A stretch of 63,976 bases of DNA, filler included, from Aduncisulcus paluster (GCA_024181965.1; 12 parts of 12 records of this genome joined end to end with filler, not necessarily neighbours in it), one strand, 5' to 3'; counted from the whole stretch's first letter, positions 12,031 to 24,407 are shown. Made by a program: numbers and translations. The notes: generated by a model not told the origin, from the sequence alone.

Positions 12031-13638
12031 TTACAAATCCAATTCATCAAGATCTTTCAGTTCCCCCTTTAAAAAAGTTTCATAATCAAAACTTATTTTC
12101 TGAAACCCAGAAGTAAATGATTGCAATAGACTCGTTGGATTGATTGAAAAAATACGGTTTGCAGGAACACCAGAAGATAAATATGCTGCGGTATCTGTAT
12201 GGGCATTCCCAATGGCAACTTTTATGACATCAGGTCGATTGGGGGAAATTGAGACAGGATCCATCTCGTAATCCCAAGAATTGGGATAAAAAAGTCTCTG
12301 AATTATAATCATCCATGATAATTTTGCGATAGTAAAACTTTTTAAAGTTGAAATTGGGCATAATAATTTTGGTCCATCTGGTAATTTTAGTAATTTCTTC
12401 GTCTTATCCGTGCCTTCTACTGTCTTTTTAAGCAATTTCTCCGTCCGCTCGATTAGACTGATACTTCTCATAGTTAAATACACCACAGGGCATTTCTCTT
12501 TTAATTTTTGGAAGAACATGTGTGTATTTGCATGGAATAAATCCTTGAAAAATGGCTCGAAGATAAATCTTGCGTCGCTTTTTGTAAGAGTTCCATCTAT
12601 ATCAGAAACGCATACAGAGGGAGAGGATCCCGTCGAAACAGGATAGAAATAGATACCGAATGAAATCGAATGATGGACTTCTCGGCCTTTCCTGTCGATA
12701 TCAACAACGGATATAAGGGCTTTGTTGTGGCCAGGTGTAAAATGAAGAGCTGACAAGGCTTCTTGAAATCGATCTAAACGAAGGGAAAAGGCAGCCTCAA
12801 CTTCTGATCCAAATTGTTTCACAAGAGAAGGTGGAACCATAAGTGGCAAAATGGGCTTCGGAATAAGTTTCTCGTCGATTTTCCGTGGTAATATTCCACG
12901 AGGGAGAACAGTAACGAAATCTAATTCTTCCCCATAAAAATGGGAAGATAAGGAATTTTTTTTCGGAGATAATCCTCTGAAATGACAAATTTGAAGAGAA
13001 TTGATGTATTTGCTCATGGAATGACATTGCCATAACCCTCGAATAACAAGTGGAGAGTCCTCAGAATCTCGAGAAAGAACATACGTGTGGAATAGAGCAT
13101 AAATGGGATATTTGCAAATTCGAATAACATCAATTTTTCTAATAATATGAGCGTCGAATATTGTTTTTTGCTGGGCAGAATAGGCACAGGGAGGGTCTAT
13201 GAGACCTGGAGGAATAGAAGCAAATTCTTGTTGAATAGAACGATAAATATCCTTCCCTTTTTTCAAAATTAGAGTTAAATCAAGCTCAAAATTAACATCA
13301 AACCAATGAGGGAGGAATACTGTTGGGAAATAGAGATAGGGAGAGTGCATTTCTGCTTCAATGGGTTCTTTTTGGGATGTATCATGAGTAATTTCAGATT
13401 TTTCACCGTCAAAAAGGTCTGGATTAGGTAAATCTTTAGCTTCGTCCTTTTCAGAATATAGCGGGATACATACGTTTCCACCAGAACCAATAACAAGTGG
13501 AATTGAACATAAATGATCATTTACCGTTAAAACTACCTTTTTCCCATACAAATTCTTCTTAAATACGGCATACAGAGGTGATGCTCGATATTGACCTTCA
13601 ATTGATGTGACAATCACATCACAGATCTTTCTTTTCAT
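12031..13638 (-). CDS. Lipin/Pah1-type phosphatidate phosphatase (LNS2 HAD domain)
   Basis: N-terminal DVIV...YRASPLYAVF (N-LIP-like), VSDIDGTLTKSD, VYLTMRS, LPDGP, AIGNAHTD..AY, RIFSINP; first ATG at 13638. Confidence 0.85.
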   Translation of the reverse strand: MKRKICDVIVTSIEGQYRASPLYAVFKKNLYGKKVVLTVNDHLCSIPLVIGSGGNVCIPLYSEKDEAKDLPNPDLFDGEKSEITHDTSQKEPIEAEMHSPYLYFPTVFLPHWFDVNFELDLTLILKKGKDIYRSIQQEFASIPPGLIDPPCAYSAQQKTIFDAHIIRKIDVIRICKYPIYALFHTYVLSRDSEDSPLVIRGLWQCHSMSKYINSLQICHFRGLSPKKNSLSSHFYGEELDFVTVLPRGILPRKIDEKLIPKPILPLMVPPSLVKQFGSEVEAAFSLRLDRFQEALSALHFTPGHNKALISVVDIDRKGREVHHSISFGIYFYPVSTGSSPSVCVSDIDGTLTKSDARFIFEPFFKDLFHANTHMFFQKLKEKCPVVYLTMRSISLIERTEKLLKKTVEGTDKTKKLLKLPDGPKLLCPISTLKSFTIAKLSWMIIIQRLFYPNSWDYEMDPVSISPNRPDVIKVAIGNAHTDTAAYLSSGVPANRIFSINPTSLLQSFTSGFQKISFDYETFLKGELKDLDELDL

Positions 13639-13875
13639 ATTAATAGGATAAAATTTGAATTTAAAGTGTAAATTCAGATAATGGGTTGCCAAAATGTTGA
13701 GGGAGCAACGCCATCATGGCGGATGGATTTTGTGACTCTCCAAGCGGAGTGGCACACGAATCATGTGCTCAGTGGAGGATTTTGATGATGTTTTCACATT
13801 TTCAATAATTCTTTATTGCTGTACGATAATTTAAATACGAAAAAGAGAACATTAGTTTTATTCGTAGAAACAGCC

Positions 13876-16296
13876 TTAAACCGGAGAGTTGTTGGCTGTC
13901 GAATTACTCGCAGAATGAGGTTCAGGATGGACGGATTCTTTAACAAAAGGTCCTGAAACCTTGGGATGTTCCTGGAAATAACAAGATATTCGAAGTTTTC
14001 TCCTTGAGATAACTTTGTGGATTTGGACAATATTTACACATGACAGAACCATAGAATATATAATGAGGTAAAAACCAGTGCTTAGAAAGAATGTTTTGCC
14101 AAGAGCAGCAATAATTACAATCAATATAATAATTATTAGCGCTAATATGGGAATTGAGAATAAATACGAAATGATCAAGGAAAAAAACGAGCTTTTCAGA
14201 TTGGATTGTAAAATAATTGGGCTTTTTTCAACTTTACCTTCTTCTTCACCAATAATAATGATTGGTTGACTCGGATAGTCCACATTTTCAATTGTATCTT
14301 TTTCAAGCTCTTTTTCTCTCCATAATGTCGTTTGAATCAGTTGAAAAGTAATACAGAAGATGCAAAATGCAAGTAATGTTCCCGAGGAACCAGAATTCAA
14401 AACTTCAAATGACCGAAAATCAGATATTTCTCCTCTACTGACTCCCCCTAAGGTTCGATAATATAATTTTGCAATACTAATTGCAATGAAAAAAGAATCG
14501 TTTGAATAAGGTGAGAAATATCCAAAAAATAGAGGAACAATCAGAGAAATTGAAAATAGAAAAATGACAAATATGGGTGGAAAAATGAAACCCGAAGAAT
14601 CGATAGATATCTTTCCGCCAACAAGAAAAGATCGGATAATTTCAGATTTCCATACTTTCCTCAAATGTTCCATTTGAACATTATTATTGTCCTCAGTTTC
14701 TTTCGGAGAAGATCGAATAATTGAAATTATCCAGGAAACCATCCAGAAAATACCAGAAATGCCAACAGGGATCCAAAGAAAAAAACTCCAACCAAACCAT
14801 CCAAATCTTTGGATCAAACGAAGATATGGACCGGTTGAAAATGTGCCAATATTAGCTTTTCCACCGTAGGAAGTTGATTGAAGGAAGGAAGACAAGGCTG
14901 GGCCTGAATGTGGTTCTGGGGAAAGTAATGAGTGTGAAATAAAAGTGTGATGGTGGATCGTAGTATAAATGCTCTCAGATGAATCCTTAAACATTGATAT
15001 ATCAAAGTGAAGATATTGTTTGGGGGCAAGATCATCAAAAGCCACCACAAAATCATCGGGCATTTGAACACACATTAAACGCTTGCCATCGATGATATAT
15101 TCATCAAGAGAATATATGGATTGTTCAAGTCCAGAGTCAGAAGAATTCCCAGAGATATCAACCATCTGTAAATGAACTTCTTCAGCATCTGTCCACACAC
15201 ATACAGTACCGTCCCATTGATTTAATGGGGTAATACGTGAATCGGGTGGATATATCACAAGACCATGTGGAGAATTGATGGAATCTTCAATGATCTGGGA
15301 GGAGGTGATATAATTATCGGGATACAGGACAACCAAGGTGGCAAGACCATATTTTGCGGCAGGAGAAACAAGGTCAATGACATGAGAATGAGTATACGAG
15401 GAGTTAAGTTGGAGTGGGGAAGTGATAAGTTCTTTGGGAATTGGAATGGAATTTACATTGTCTCTCATATGTGTGTGCCCACTTAATGCAGCATGAATAT
15501 CATGGGACGCAAGGAAAATGGCCAAATCTGTGGAGATCGAGGGTTGGAGGAAACTGAGGGGGTAATGTGATATAAACAGTTTCCTAGATGAAAACGGACA
15601 CATTTCAATTGAGGTATTTAATTCTTTGGCTCGTCTTGTACTCGATATAATTGGAGAAACTGGAGTAAAATCGAAAGGAGCAGTGAGAAGAGGATCGAAC
15701 ATCATCGAAACGGTAATGCAACATAAATCAATGGATTCGGAACTACTTCGAGTAATTTCAGAAGAATATACATTTGCGTACATTGATTCTGAATCCGACA
15801 ACTGTGACACAGTTGATATAGGGTCTGGAATCAGATATTCAAGACCAGTAACATCATGGTTACCTCGAAGGGCAACAATGGGAAATGAATGCGAAGAGAA
15901 TATGTTTTGAGCATTTGAAATCTGAAGAGGAGATTGTATAAACTGTCCATCCCTCTCAACATACCCATCAACAATATCTCCACTATGAATGATAATATCA
16001 GGATTTAAATTATTGAAAATATTGAGTATCTTGGGGGAATTGATATTTCCTGTTGATGAAAGATCATCCGCAGACATAATATGAGAATCAGAAATGTGAG
16101 CAACAAACACAAGATCGGATACAAGCTGATTAATTTTATCATTAAAGATATTTGAATCATTTAAAACAAAATATGAAGGTTCAATAAGATTATTTGAATC
16201 GCTAAAAGGCAAGAAGCAAAAAAGGATTCCAAAAAAGGCGCTGAGAAGAGATACAAAAATAAAAGGATAATCACAACAGATCCCAATAGTTTTCAT
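13876..16296 (-). CDS. Membrane-anchored calcineurin-like metallophosphoesterase, TMEM62-like
   Basis: HISDSH, HSGDIVD, RGNHD, SHYP, LSGHTH; N-terminal TM helix and several C-terminal TM helices. Confidence 0.8.
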   Translation of the reverse strand: MKTIGICCDYPFIFVSLLSAFFGILFCFLPFSDSNNLIEPSYFVLNDSNIFNDKINQLVSDLVFVAHISDSHIMSADDLSSTGNINSPKILNIFNNLNPDIIIHSGDIVDGYVERDGQFIQSPLQISNAQNIFSSHSFPIVALRGNHDVTGLEYLIPDPISTVSQLSDSESMYANVYSSEITRSSSESIDLCCITVSMMFDPLLTAPFDFTPVSPIISSTRRAKELNTSIEMCPFSSRKLFISHYPLSFLQPSISTDLAIFLASHDIHAALSGHTHMRDNVNSIPIPKELITSPLQLNSSYTHSHVIDLVSPAAKYGLATLVVLYPDNYITSSQIIEDSINSPHGLVIYPPDSRITPLNQWDGTVCVWTDAEEVHLQMVDISGNSSDSGLEQSIYSLDEYIIDGKRLMCVQMPDDFVVAFDDLAPKQYLHFDISMFKDSSESIYTTIHHHTFISHSLLSPEPHSGPALSSFLQSTSYGGKANIGTFSTGPYLRLIQRFGWFGWSFFLWIPVGISGIFWMVSWIISIIRSSPKETEDNNNVQMEHLRKVWKSEIIRSFLVGGKISIDSSGFIFPPIFVIFLFSISLIVPLFFGYFSPYSNDSFFIAISIAKLYYRTLGGVSRGEISDFRSFEVLNSGSSGTLLAFCIFCITFQLIQTTLWREKELEKDTIENVDYPSQPIIIIGEEEGKVEKSPIILQSNLKSSFFSLIISYLFSIPILALIIIILIVIIAALGKTFFLSTGFYLIIYSMVLSCVNIVQIHKVISRRKLRISCYFQEHPKVSGPFVKESVHPEPHSASNSTANNSPV

Positions 16297-16459
16297 GAGT
16301 ATCTTATTATTGAACACTCATGTAATTATCAAAAAAAAAACGATTGACAAGATGGATCTGTTTCGGTTGCAACCGTTGCAATGAAACATTTACCTGTGCA
16401 TATTCCAATTCCATTGTAAATAATCAATTATCTCAGTATCGTTTAAATTTATTTAAGAA

Positions 16460-16932
16460 TTATTTTTTTGGGGTATCGATGAGATAGGAAAAACATTTAA
16501 CAAAAGCCTCTTCCTGATCTTTTCGCGTGTCATATTCTTCCCCTTCGTCTTCTCGTAAATATCTTGTCAGGACACTTAGAACATTTTGGATAGTTTTTCC
16601 ATTCATTGCGATAAAGATTCTTCTCCACCAAGATACACAATCCTCGTCACCAAATCCATACAGACAGAGATCGACTCCATTGATAGCAGCTCCAATGGCC
16701 ATCTCAATGGATTTAACACAAGGAGACCCTTTGAAAACACCAGCACCCCATTTTCCACTGCAGATCTCAATCTTTGGTTGGGATGAAGGAGTGATTTGAG
16801 TGAGGAATGGAGGGATATAGAAACTTGCACAACACTTCTGAATTTCTCGAATAATCTGAGATTTCTCTGTTTGGCCTTTCACACAGGCAGAATCATATCT
16901 CTTTGCGTCTGAAACTGCAATACATGTTTTAT
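16460..16932 (-). CDS. PARG: Poly(ADP-ribose) glycohydrolase, C-terminal fragment (5'-partial at scaffold end)
   Basis: Frame open from the scaffold end: IAVSDA...Q..IIREIQKCCASF...ICSGKWGAGVFKGSP..K, matching the PARG RELNKAY and TGNWGCGAFGGD motifs. Confidence 0.78.
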
Positions 16933-17032
16933 NNNNNNNNNNNNNNNNNNNNNNNNNNNNNNNNNNNNNNNNNNNNTTAATTAATTAANNNNNNNNNNNN
17001 NNNNNNNNNNNNNNNNNNNNNNNNNNNNNNNN
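16933..17032. other. Artificial scaffold-concatenation linker N44-TTAATTAATTAA-N44 (first of 11)
   Basis: Identical 100-nt linkers at 16933, 20351, 24306, 27176, 29981, 48415, 50597, 55207, 57673, 59816 and 62541; the core gives stops in all six frames. Confidence 0.98.
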
Positions 17033-19565
17033 TTCAACCCCGAAGGGAACACAAAACGAGATGCAACGATTCCTTTCGTGGATCGTTGAGTCAAAGTGGA
17101 GAGAGCGTCAGGAGAAAGCGTACCACAGTGTATTCTGGGCTGGATTTGTCTGGATTCGTGAGGGATGTTCTTGGGAAGAGAACGAACACCTTATTCGTGA
17201 GTGTCTGAGTGTAAGTTCTGCCGTGGACAAGTGTCCTTCAATATCGAAGCTTGTTAATATATCCGACGCAGTTGACGATGAGTCTGGTCTTGCCCTTTCC
17301 CTTAGTATGCTTTTGCCTTCCAGGAGAGTGCTCCCGTTGAGGAAATCCGCAGAGGCTAAGCTTCACTCGGTCATGTCAGCGTATCCTGTGTGTTTGTGTG
17401 TGAGTATCTGTCCAAGAAGTGAAGAAAAGGCTCTTGTTGCAGAAGAGAAGGCTGCCCTTCGTCTCGAGATTCTTGTAAATGGAAAATACCATGCGTTGAG
17501 CAGGAAGAAGTCCAAGTCCGAAGAATTATACACTCAAGGCAGATTGCAAGAAGCCTGGACTGACGAAGAGCTCGGCATTGTGTGTTCTCAGCTTGGCATA
17601 TCACCTTCTGCAGCTGCTGACGGTCACCTGATGAACAAGTATCTTGCTTCATTTAATCCTATGCTCTTTAAACACCTTATACCGAGAGAAAGACATTCCT
17701 CTAGTCGAAACGGTCCTATTTGTGATGTTATTCAGGCTTCTCCTCTTCCCCCTCTTCCTCTCTCTATCGTTTCTCTTGCCACATTCGAGGATACCCGTGT
17801 TCATGTCACCATGTATCCTCTTCTTTCTCATGCTGATAATCCCTCAGATTCGTATGTAGGTCTTGTATCTGGTCCAAACATCTCTGTTTCTCTTCCTTTC
17901 TTCACATCTTTCCACTCCCTCTCTCGTTTTATTTGGAATGTACTCGTTCACAACCATGATAGGAAGTCTTTGGTCCCAATGCGAGAAGAGTTCCCATCTT
18001 CTGTGTCTACTCTGCCCTCTGAGTGGGACGATGAAGATTGCCAAGGTATCAGAATGCTGGCCTCTCACAACGTTATTCTCTATACAAACGAGCGATCAAT
18101 GAACGGAATGGGAGTAACGACTTCTCTCATTGTTCAAGCAAGTTGGAACGCTGAGAAGAAATGCCATTCGCCTTTCATGCTCCTTGATGTGGCATCATCC
18201 AATTCCAGGGTCACTCAAGATGACAAGCCACCACTCTATCTCCTCTCAAATCACCTAGATCTCTCGTATGCCGTCTCACTCGCCCCCAATCTCTCTGATT
18301 TGAGCACCAAGACAGGCATCAGAGTCTGGGTTTATGGCTGTGGTTGTATAAAGATGAAAGAGCTGTGGATTCATATCGACCGAGTTTTGACACAAGACGA
18401 TGAGACCAGGGTGACTGTCGGTGATGTTCTTGATAAGATTGCTGAGAAACTTCTGGTGACTGCTGATACTCCAAGTCTTAGGGAACCCATTGGTATGGGT
18501 AATAATGTCATGTATAGACATCGTTCAGAAGAATGGAGTGGAGAAGTCTGGCGTGATTCTGCTGGTGTTCCATTCTCTCAATCAGACTCCTCCTTGATGA
18601 CGCCTTCATCACCCACCTCATCTCAGCCACTAGCCGGCAGTTCATCCACTCTTCCTCCTCCATCTTCTCTTGGATCCTCCTCCTCAAGTCCATCCTCTTC
18701 CGCCAATGTCACGACTGGTGCCGAAACGACAACTAGTACTCTTCATGATTCTTCCTTCTTGCTTGGTGACTATATTGTCTTCATTGGTAATCATAGGGGT
18801 GAGATCAAGGATGTTATCGACTGTGCCAACAGAGATGCCCTATGGCACAAGACTATGAAGAGAAGGAAAGGAATATTATGTATTTATCACAAGAGCAATC
18901 CTCTCTATGAAAGGGGACTGGAGAAATCTGAGGAAGAGGAAGAGGCTGTCGAAGAACAATCTGGGCTGGAGGAACAACAAGATGAGAATCTTCCTCAAAT
19001 TCCAATCCAGAATGAGAACATGCCAATTCCTTACAAGCATTATCCTCTCGTTGACAATTTCTTTACCAATCGAACGGTCTTTAAGCGCAGCATGTTCATG
19101 ATTTCTTTCGTTAGTCCACACCCTTCAGATGAGGCTGTATTTGAAACTGCCAGGAATATTCAGGGCATATTCATTGCATACACATCAACAACCACTGTGG
19201 GAGACGTGAGAGAAAGAGTCAGACGAAGTTTCTCAATCTCATCCGAAACTATGTCTATAATTAGAACTGAAGAGAAAGATCATCCTCCTGCTTCCAAAAT
19301 ATCTATTCCACCATTCTGTGTATCGGGAGACTCCGAGGGCTGGGGATTCGATGACTGCCCTCTTCGAGACGAATATCTCGAAGCTCCTCTCGTTGCCCTA
19401 CGGATGATCAATGGTTACCTAATGCTGGAGAAACAGCTTATGGATGATGACATTGTCAATGACTACGATAGAATCGCTGTTATTATCCCCGTGAAGTATG
19501 CGATGAGTCCTTCGTCAAAACATTATTCATCGTGGGGTGATGCAAAATTGCAAATCGGTAAATAA
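17033..19565 (+). CDS. Large protein, 5'-partial; possibly the USP7-like C-terminal ubiquitin-like domain region
   Basis: Over 830 aa open from the scaffold start. Repeated UBL-like strand-helix motifs (TVGDVLDKIAEKL, TTVGDVRERVRRSF) and a terminal AKLQIGK reminiscent of the USP7 tail. The CDS is well supported; the family call is weak. Confidence 0.55.
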
Positions 19566-19886
19566 CTCAATGTTGATATGTATATATGAATTATTTATTG
19601 ATTTTATCAAATATTATCGTTATTTTTTTATGGTTCAATATTATCTGATGGTAATTTGGCTCTCAACTGGCAAGTTGTATGGCATACAACTATTCAATGA
19701 TTGAATCTTTTCTATCAATAATTTTAAAATAAAATAATTGAATTGTTTATTTTTTTATTCTTTATAAATCAATTTTTACGAAATAAGTGCTTGAAATCTG
19801 CTCCTTCTGGTTATCATTATTTGCGCTTCCACACCGTTCACATTAACCTTGGTTTTGAACCAGAAACAAATTTATTACGCACCAAA

Positions 19887-20350
19887 ATGAGGCTGATTTT
19901 TGTCCTTTTTTGTGTCTTTTTGTTTTTTTCTATTTTTTCACCCGCCCTTTCATATGTAGTCACTGCTGCCAACAGAACATGTAGCTCTTCCAATTGTGAC
20001 ATCATGATTCAGTTTGCTACAGCTTGTGCCAGTGCTTCTGCAGCCATGACCGAATTAGTTTTTACGAATTCCACCACGGATCCCATTGTATTTGACACAT
20101 CCGTGTCTATGCTTTGTAATTCTGCCCAATATCCCCTTATTGTCTCCTTTGAATCCGAAGTTGAGTTCATGAAGTCCGCGACCCTGAAGAATTTCACGTT
20201 TGCAGGAGATGGTAATAGTGACATTACATTTTACGGTGCCACCACCTTGCAAGACCTTTCCATCAGTAATGCCAAGATTAAGATTGCCAAATCTGATGAT
20301 CCTTTGGTTCTTAGAGATGTTTCTATCACGTCTTCACAGGTTCGTGTTTC
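19887..20350 (+). CDS. Secreted/surface protein, 3'-partial, beta-rich
   Basis: Signal peptide MRLIFVLFCVFLFFSIFSPALS; S/T-rich with N-glycosylation sequons (NRT, NST, NFT). Confidence 0.7.
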
Positions 20351-20450
20351 NNNNNNNNNNNNNNNNNNNNNNNNNNNNNNNNNNNNNNNNNNNNTTAATT
20401 AATTAANNNNNNNNNNNNNNNNNNNNNNNNNNNNNNNNNNNNNNNNNNNN

Positions 20451-23400
20451 TAACAGGAGATTCCTTCATTCCCCGTGGGGCTTCCATTCAACATACTTCG
20501 AATGTATGGGGACTGGTCGTTTACACTGGTGAGGACACTCGTCTGATGCAGAATGCAGGAGAATCGAGGAATAAGCCCCCTGGGTTGTTCTCCTACCTTA
20601 ATTGGAGTCTTATTACCATCATTATCATCCAGGTTATCCTTGTAATTGCACTCACATTCGGTGCTGTTCTCACAAGACGTGAGTTGCAACATCATTGGTA
20701 TTTGGGTCACAGTTCAGACCCTGAACAAAACCTTCTCTTGTTCATCCTGATATCCGTTGGAACTAATTTCCTCGTGACTTCGTTTGTTGTACCGATTTCC
20801 TTATTCGTATCCCTTGAAGTTGTTCGATATGTCGTTGGTTTATTTATAGAACAAGACAATCTCCTCGCTGATCGGTCTCGTGGAGGTCAGAATTCTCTCT
20901 GTGAAGTCAAGAGCAGTAACCTTCTCGAAGAATTGGGCCGTGTGGAGTTTATAGCCACTGACAAGACAGGAACCTTAACTGAAAATAGGATGGTCTTCAA
21001 ATGCCTCTCATTCTGCGATGGAATGGTTGGAGAAATGAATAAGACTCGAGATACAGGGAAATCCATCGTTGCTTCCGTGTTGAAAAGAGAAGGAATAGAC
21101 AATAGAAATGAATCTGTGTCCATGATGTCAAAGCATAGATCCCAAGTTCGTTTCTTAACTTCAAAAATAGGGGGGCAAAAAGGACCTGAATCTCGTTTTT
21201 CTTCCCTTTTTGGCGGTAACATCAATGTATTATCTTTGGCAGCTCCCCCTGTTCTTCACAGAATGAACGCTGATGGTACTATTATCGGTGGTAAAGACCA
21301 ACACCATAAGCTTGGAGAATCTCCATCTGTTCGCAGTCTGGCTGTCTTGGATGGACATTCCCATAAGCCTCAGTTCTCTTTGGATTCTTTCATCAAAATG
21401 TATGAAATGGTCGATGCCAAAGCTGATGTTGGTACTAAAGCTGATGTTATGGATATATCTGAATCCAAGCACTCGGATGACATTGCCTTATCACCCCCTT
21501 ATGATCAGTCTATAGATCAAATACACACGAAACCCTCTGAAGATGAAGATGAAGACTCTGTGATTGTGAAACCCCATGAAGATGTCGATGAATCCCTTAT
21601 TGAGAGTGGGGCAAAGAAACAAGTGGATGCAACGGTAGAAGGAGAAGACGTAAAGGATACAGACGATCTTCCCCTTGAGTTATCTGACAGTGAGGAACCA
21701 ATAAGCAATTCCTCATCTCTCGATGTTTTGGATAAATCCAGCTCTCTGGGAACTATGTCTCATCTGCATCCTTCCTCTAAATGCTCGCCAAGAAGTTCAA
21801 CCAAAATGAAACGACCATGTGGGGATTTTGGAAGTGAAGAAGAAAGGACTCCTTTGACAACAAAACAAGGCAAAGAAGACCAACAAATTGGTCCCTCCCC
21901 ATTGAAAAGGTTTGTTTCTAAAGGTAAAATGGAGACCAATCATTCCCGACTCTCTTCGAACGGTGGGTATTTGCGAAAAATGCCCCATGTTCGTGCCACA
22001 TCCACATACTCCTCAGATTCTCTCTCTGTTCCCCTTATCGACTCTACTCACCTTAGACAATTGGATATCATGACGTTTGGTACCCTTCTTGCTGAATCTC
22101 CCCTCTTCCACGCGTGTTCCCGTCTTCTGTCTCTGTGTCACTGCGTCATTCCCAAGCCATCTCTATCCATTTCCCTCGATGAAAGTGCCTTCGACTATAT
22201 CTCTGATAGTCCTGATGAAGTGGCTCTGGTGAAAGGGATGTCTACTCTTGGATATGAACTCATTGACAGTGGGAATAATCGTTTGGTCGTTAGGAATACA
22301 TTGGGGCTTCACGAACGGTGGTATCTCCATGTAGTGTGTCCATTTGATTCCGATAGAAAGCGTATGAGTGTATGTGTCAGCCTTGAAGGTTACGTGAAGG
22401 GAGCAGGGGTGGATGGTAGGTCTCCGACAGCACAAGAAGGGAGTCTGAGAAGGTCTACTGAATTGAGCACGACTCACGTTCGATCCAGGCTTAGCACACG
22501 CGGAAGTCTCATGAATCGTAAGGAAAAGTCTCTTTGTGATGATGATGTTGAGTTGTATACTCCACAAATTTGTATTCGGCAGAAACAGCAAGAAGAACAA
22601 GAGAGAAAGAAGACTATCCTCGATAAAGATGGAGATCGTGACACACATCTTATCCATTCAGACTCATCTCCTGTCCAATCTGATCTGTTCCTGCGAACTT
22701 TTGGATCCATATGTCCTCAGCCGGGGGCTACTTTCATTCTAACAAAAGGAGCAGATATGACAGTGAATCCTCTGTGTTCCTACTATACAATGCCACACTT
22801 GGGCCGAGTTAAGAAGGATGTTAACAAGAGATCGGACAAAGTTGGGACCAGTCCAGAAGATAAGCTAAAAGAAGCCACTTCTTCTCTGCCTCAGATGTTG
22901 CATGCGTCATTCAATCATGGAGTTGACACACTCACTGAAAAAGGATTACGTACACTCACATTAGCTCTGAGAAGGGTATCACCGGATGATGCTAAACTAT
23001 GGGAGGAAGAGTATGCTTCTGCTCTTCTCCATAATGATAAAGATAAGATCACAGATATTTATGGTGAAATTGAGTGTGATCTTGCCATCTGTGGTTGCAG
23101 TGGGGTGGAAGACCAACTTCAATCGGGCGTCTCTCAAACTTTGCAAGATCTTCGAGAGGCCGAAGTCCGTGTTTGGGTCCTCACAGGAGATAAGGTTGGA
23201 ACAGCCATTAATATTGGATACAGTTCCAAACTGATTCCAAAAGAGGCGCTTGTTCTAAAAATAACCGAAGAAGCTGTCCAAAACCGACAATCTATGCTCA
23301 CAAGGGAATCAAAGAGCCCCAACGATGGTTTTGATGGTTTTGTATTTGGCCATCAGCATGAATCTATGATACAACCTCCATCCAAAAAATCCAATATATC

Positions 23401-24305
23401 AGAGATTGACGCTCTCCTTGATCTTGTTAACGATATGCATTCCCTCGTTGAGTCAACTGAATCCATTGATTCAATTATCACAAAAGTGAAGAATGATCTG
23501 AAAGATTATGAGAAAGAAGAGGGAGTAATTACGAATGTGCAGAAATTTGAATATATCATGAATTCCCTGAAATCAAGTCTCCTTGATTATGACTCTTCGC
23601 CTTTCAATGCTGTCATTGTGATTGATGGTTTCTGTTTATCGCTTCTCATGGATTCCCTGTGTGATTCGATCACACAAACAACCTCTGAGGAAAACTCAAC
23701 ATCTAAAGTCAAAGTCAAGGATATCCAAGATAGTTCCGAGTGTCTTGAGAGTGAGTTTGCTCTTCTCTCATTCCTCTCTCTCGCTGTGACCATGTGTTCG
23801 GTCGTATGTTGTCGTGTCACTCCCAAACAGAAAGCGCATGTCGTGTCTCTGGCTCAAGAATATTATGGAAAGAAGGTATTGGCTATCGGAGATGGTGGAA
23901 ATGATGTCGCTATGATCAACGAAAGTAACGTTGGAGTTGGGATTAAGGGGAATGAAGGAGCCGCAGCCGCTAGAGCATCAGATTTTGCCGTATGTAAGTT
24001 TGAACACCTTAGACCCCTTTTGTTCATTCACGGGAGAAGTTGCTTGCGTCGTTTTATCATTCATATTCAGTACTATCTGTATAAGAACATCGTTTTATCA
24101 GGTGTTGCAATGCTATATGTCATCATGAGTGCCTTTAGTGGGAGTCTTATTATCAATCAGTGGCAAATGACAGGATTCAACACATTTTACACGTTTCTCC
24201 CTCCATTTGTGTTCTCTTTGTTCGATAGACCCTCATTACAGAGTCGTTTACTCAAATATCCAAAGAATTATGCAGATCAACGTAGGGAATACAAGAGTTG
24301 GAGAG
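20451..24305 (+). CDS. P4-type ATPase (phospholipid flippase), central and C-terminal part, partial at both ends
   Basis: VPISLFVSLE, EELGRVEFIATDKTGTLTEN, SPDEVALV, FDSDRKRMSV, TKGAD, GLRTL, VEDQLQ, WVLTGDK, CCRVTPKQKA, AIGDGGNDVAMI. Confidence 0.95.
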
Positions 24306-24407
24306 NNNNNNNNNNNNNNNNNNNNNNNNNNNNNNNNNNNNNNNNNNNNTTAATTAATTAANNNNNNNNNNNNNNNNNNNNNNNNNNNNNNNNNNNNNNN
24401 NNNNNAT

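Noticed and set aside
16933..17032. Recurrent TTAATTAATTAA motif as a biological element, and gene order across it
   Set aside because: Always centred in exactly 44+44 Ns; an artificial six-frame-stop linker, so neighbourhood across linkers is meaningless
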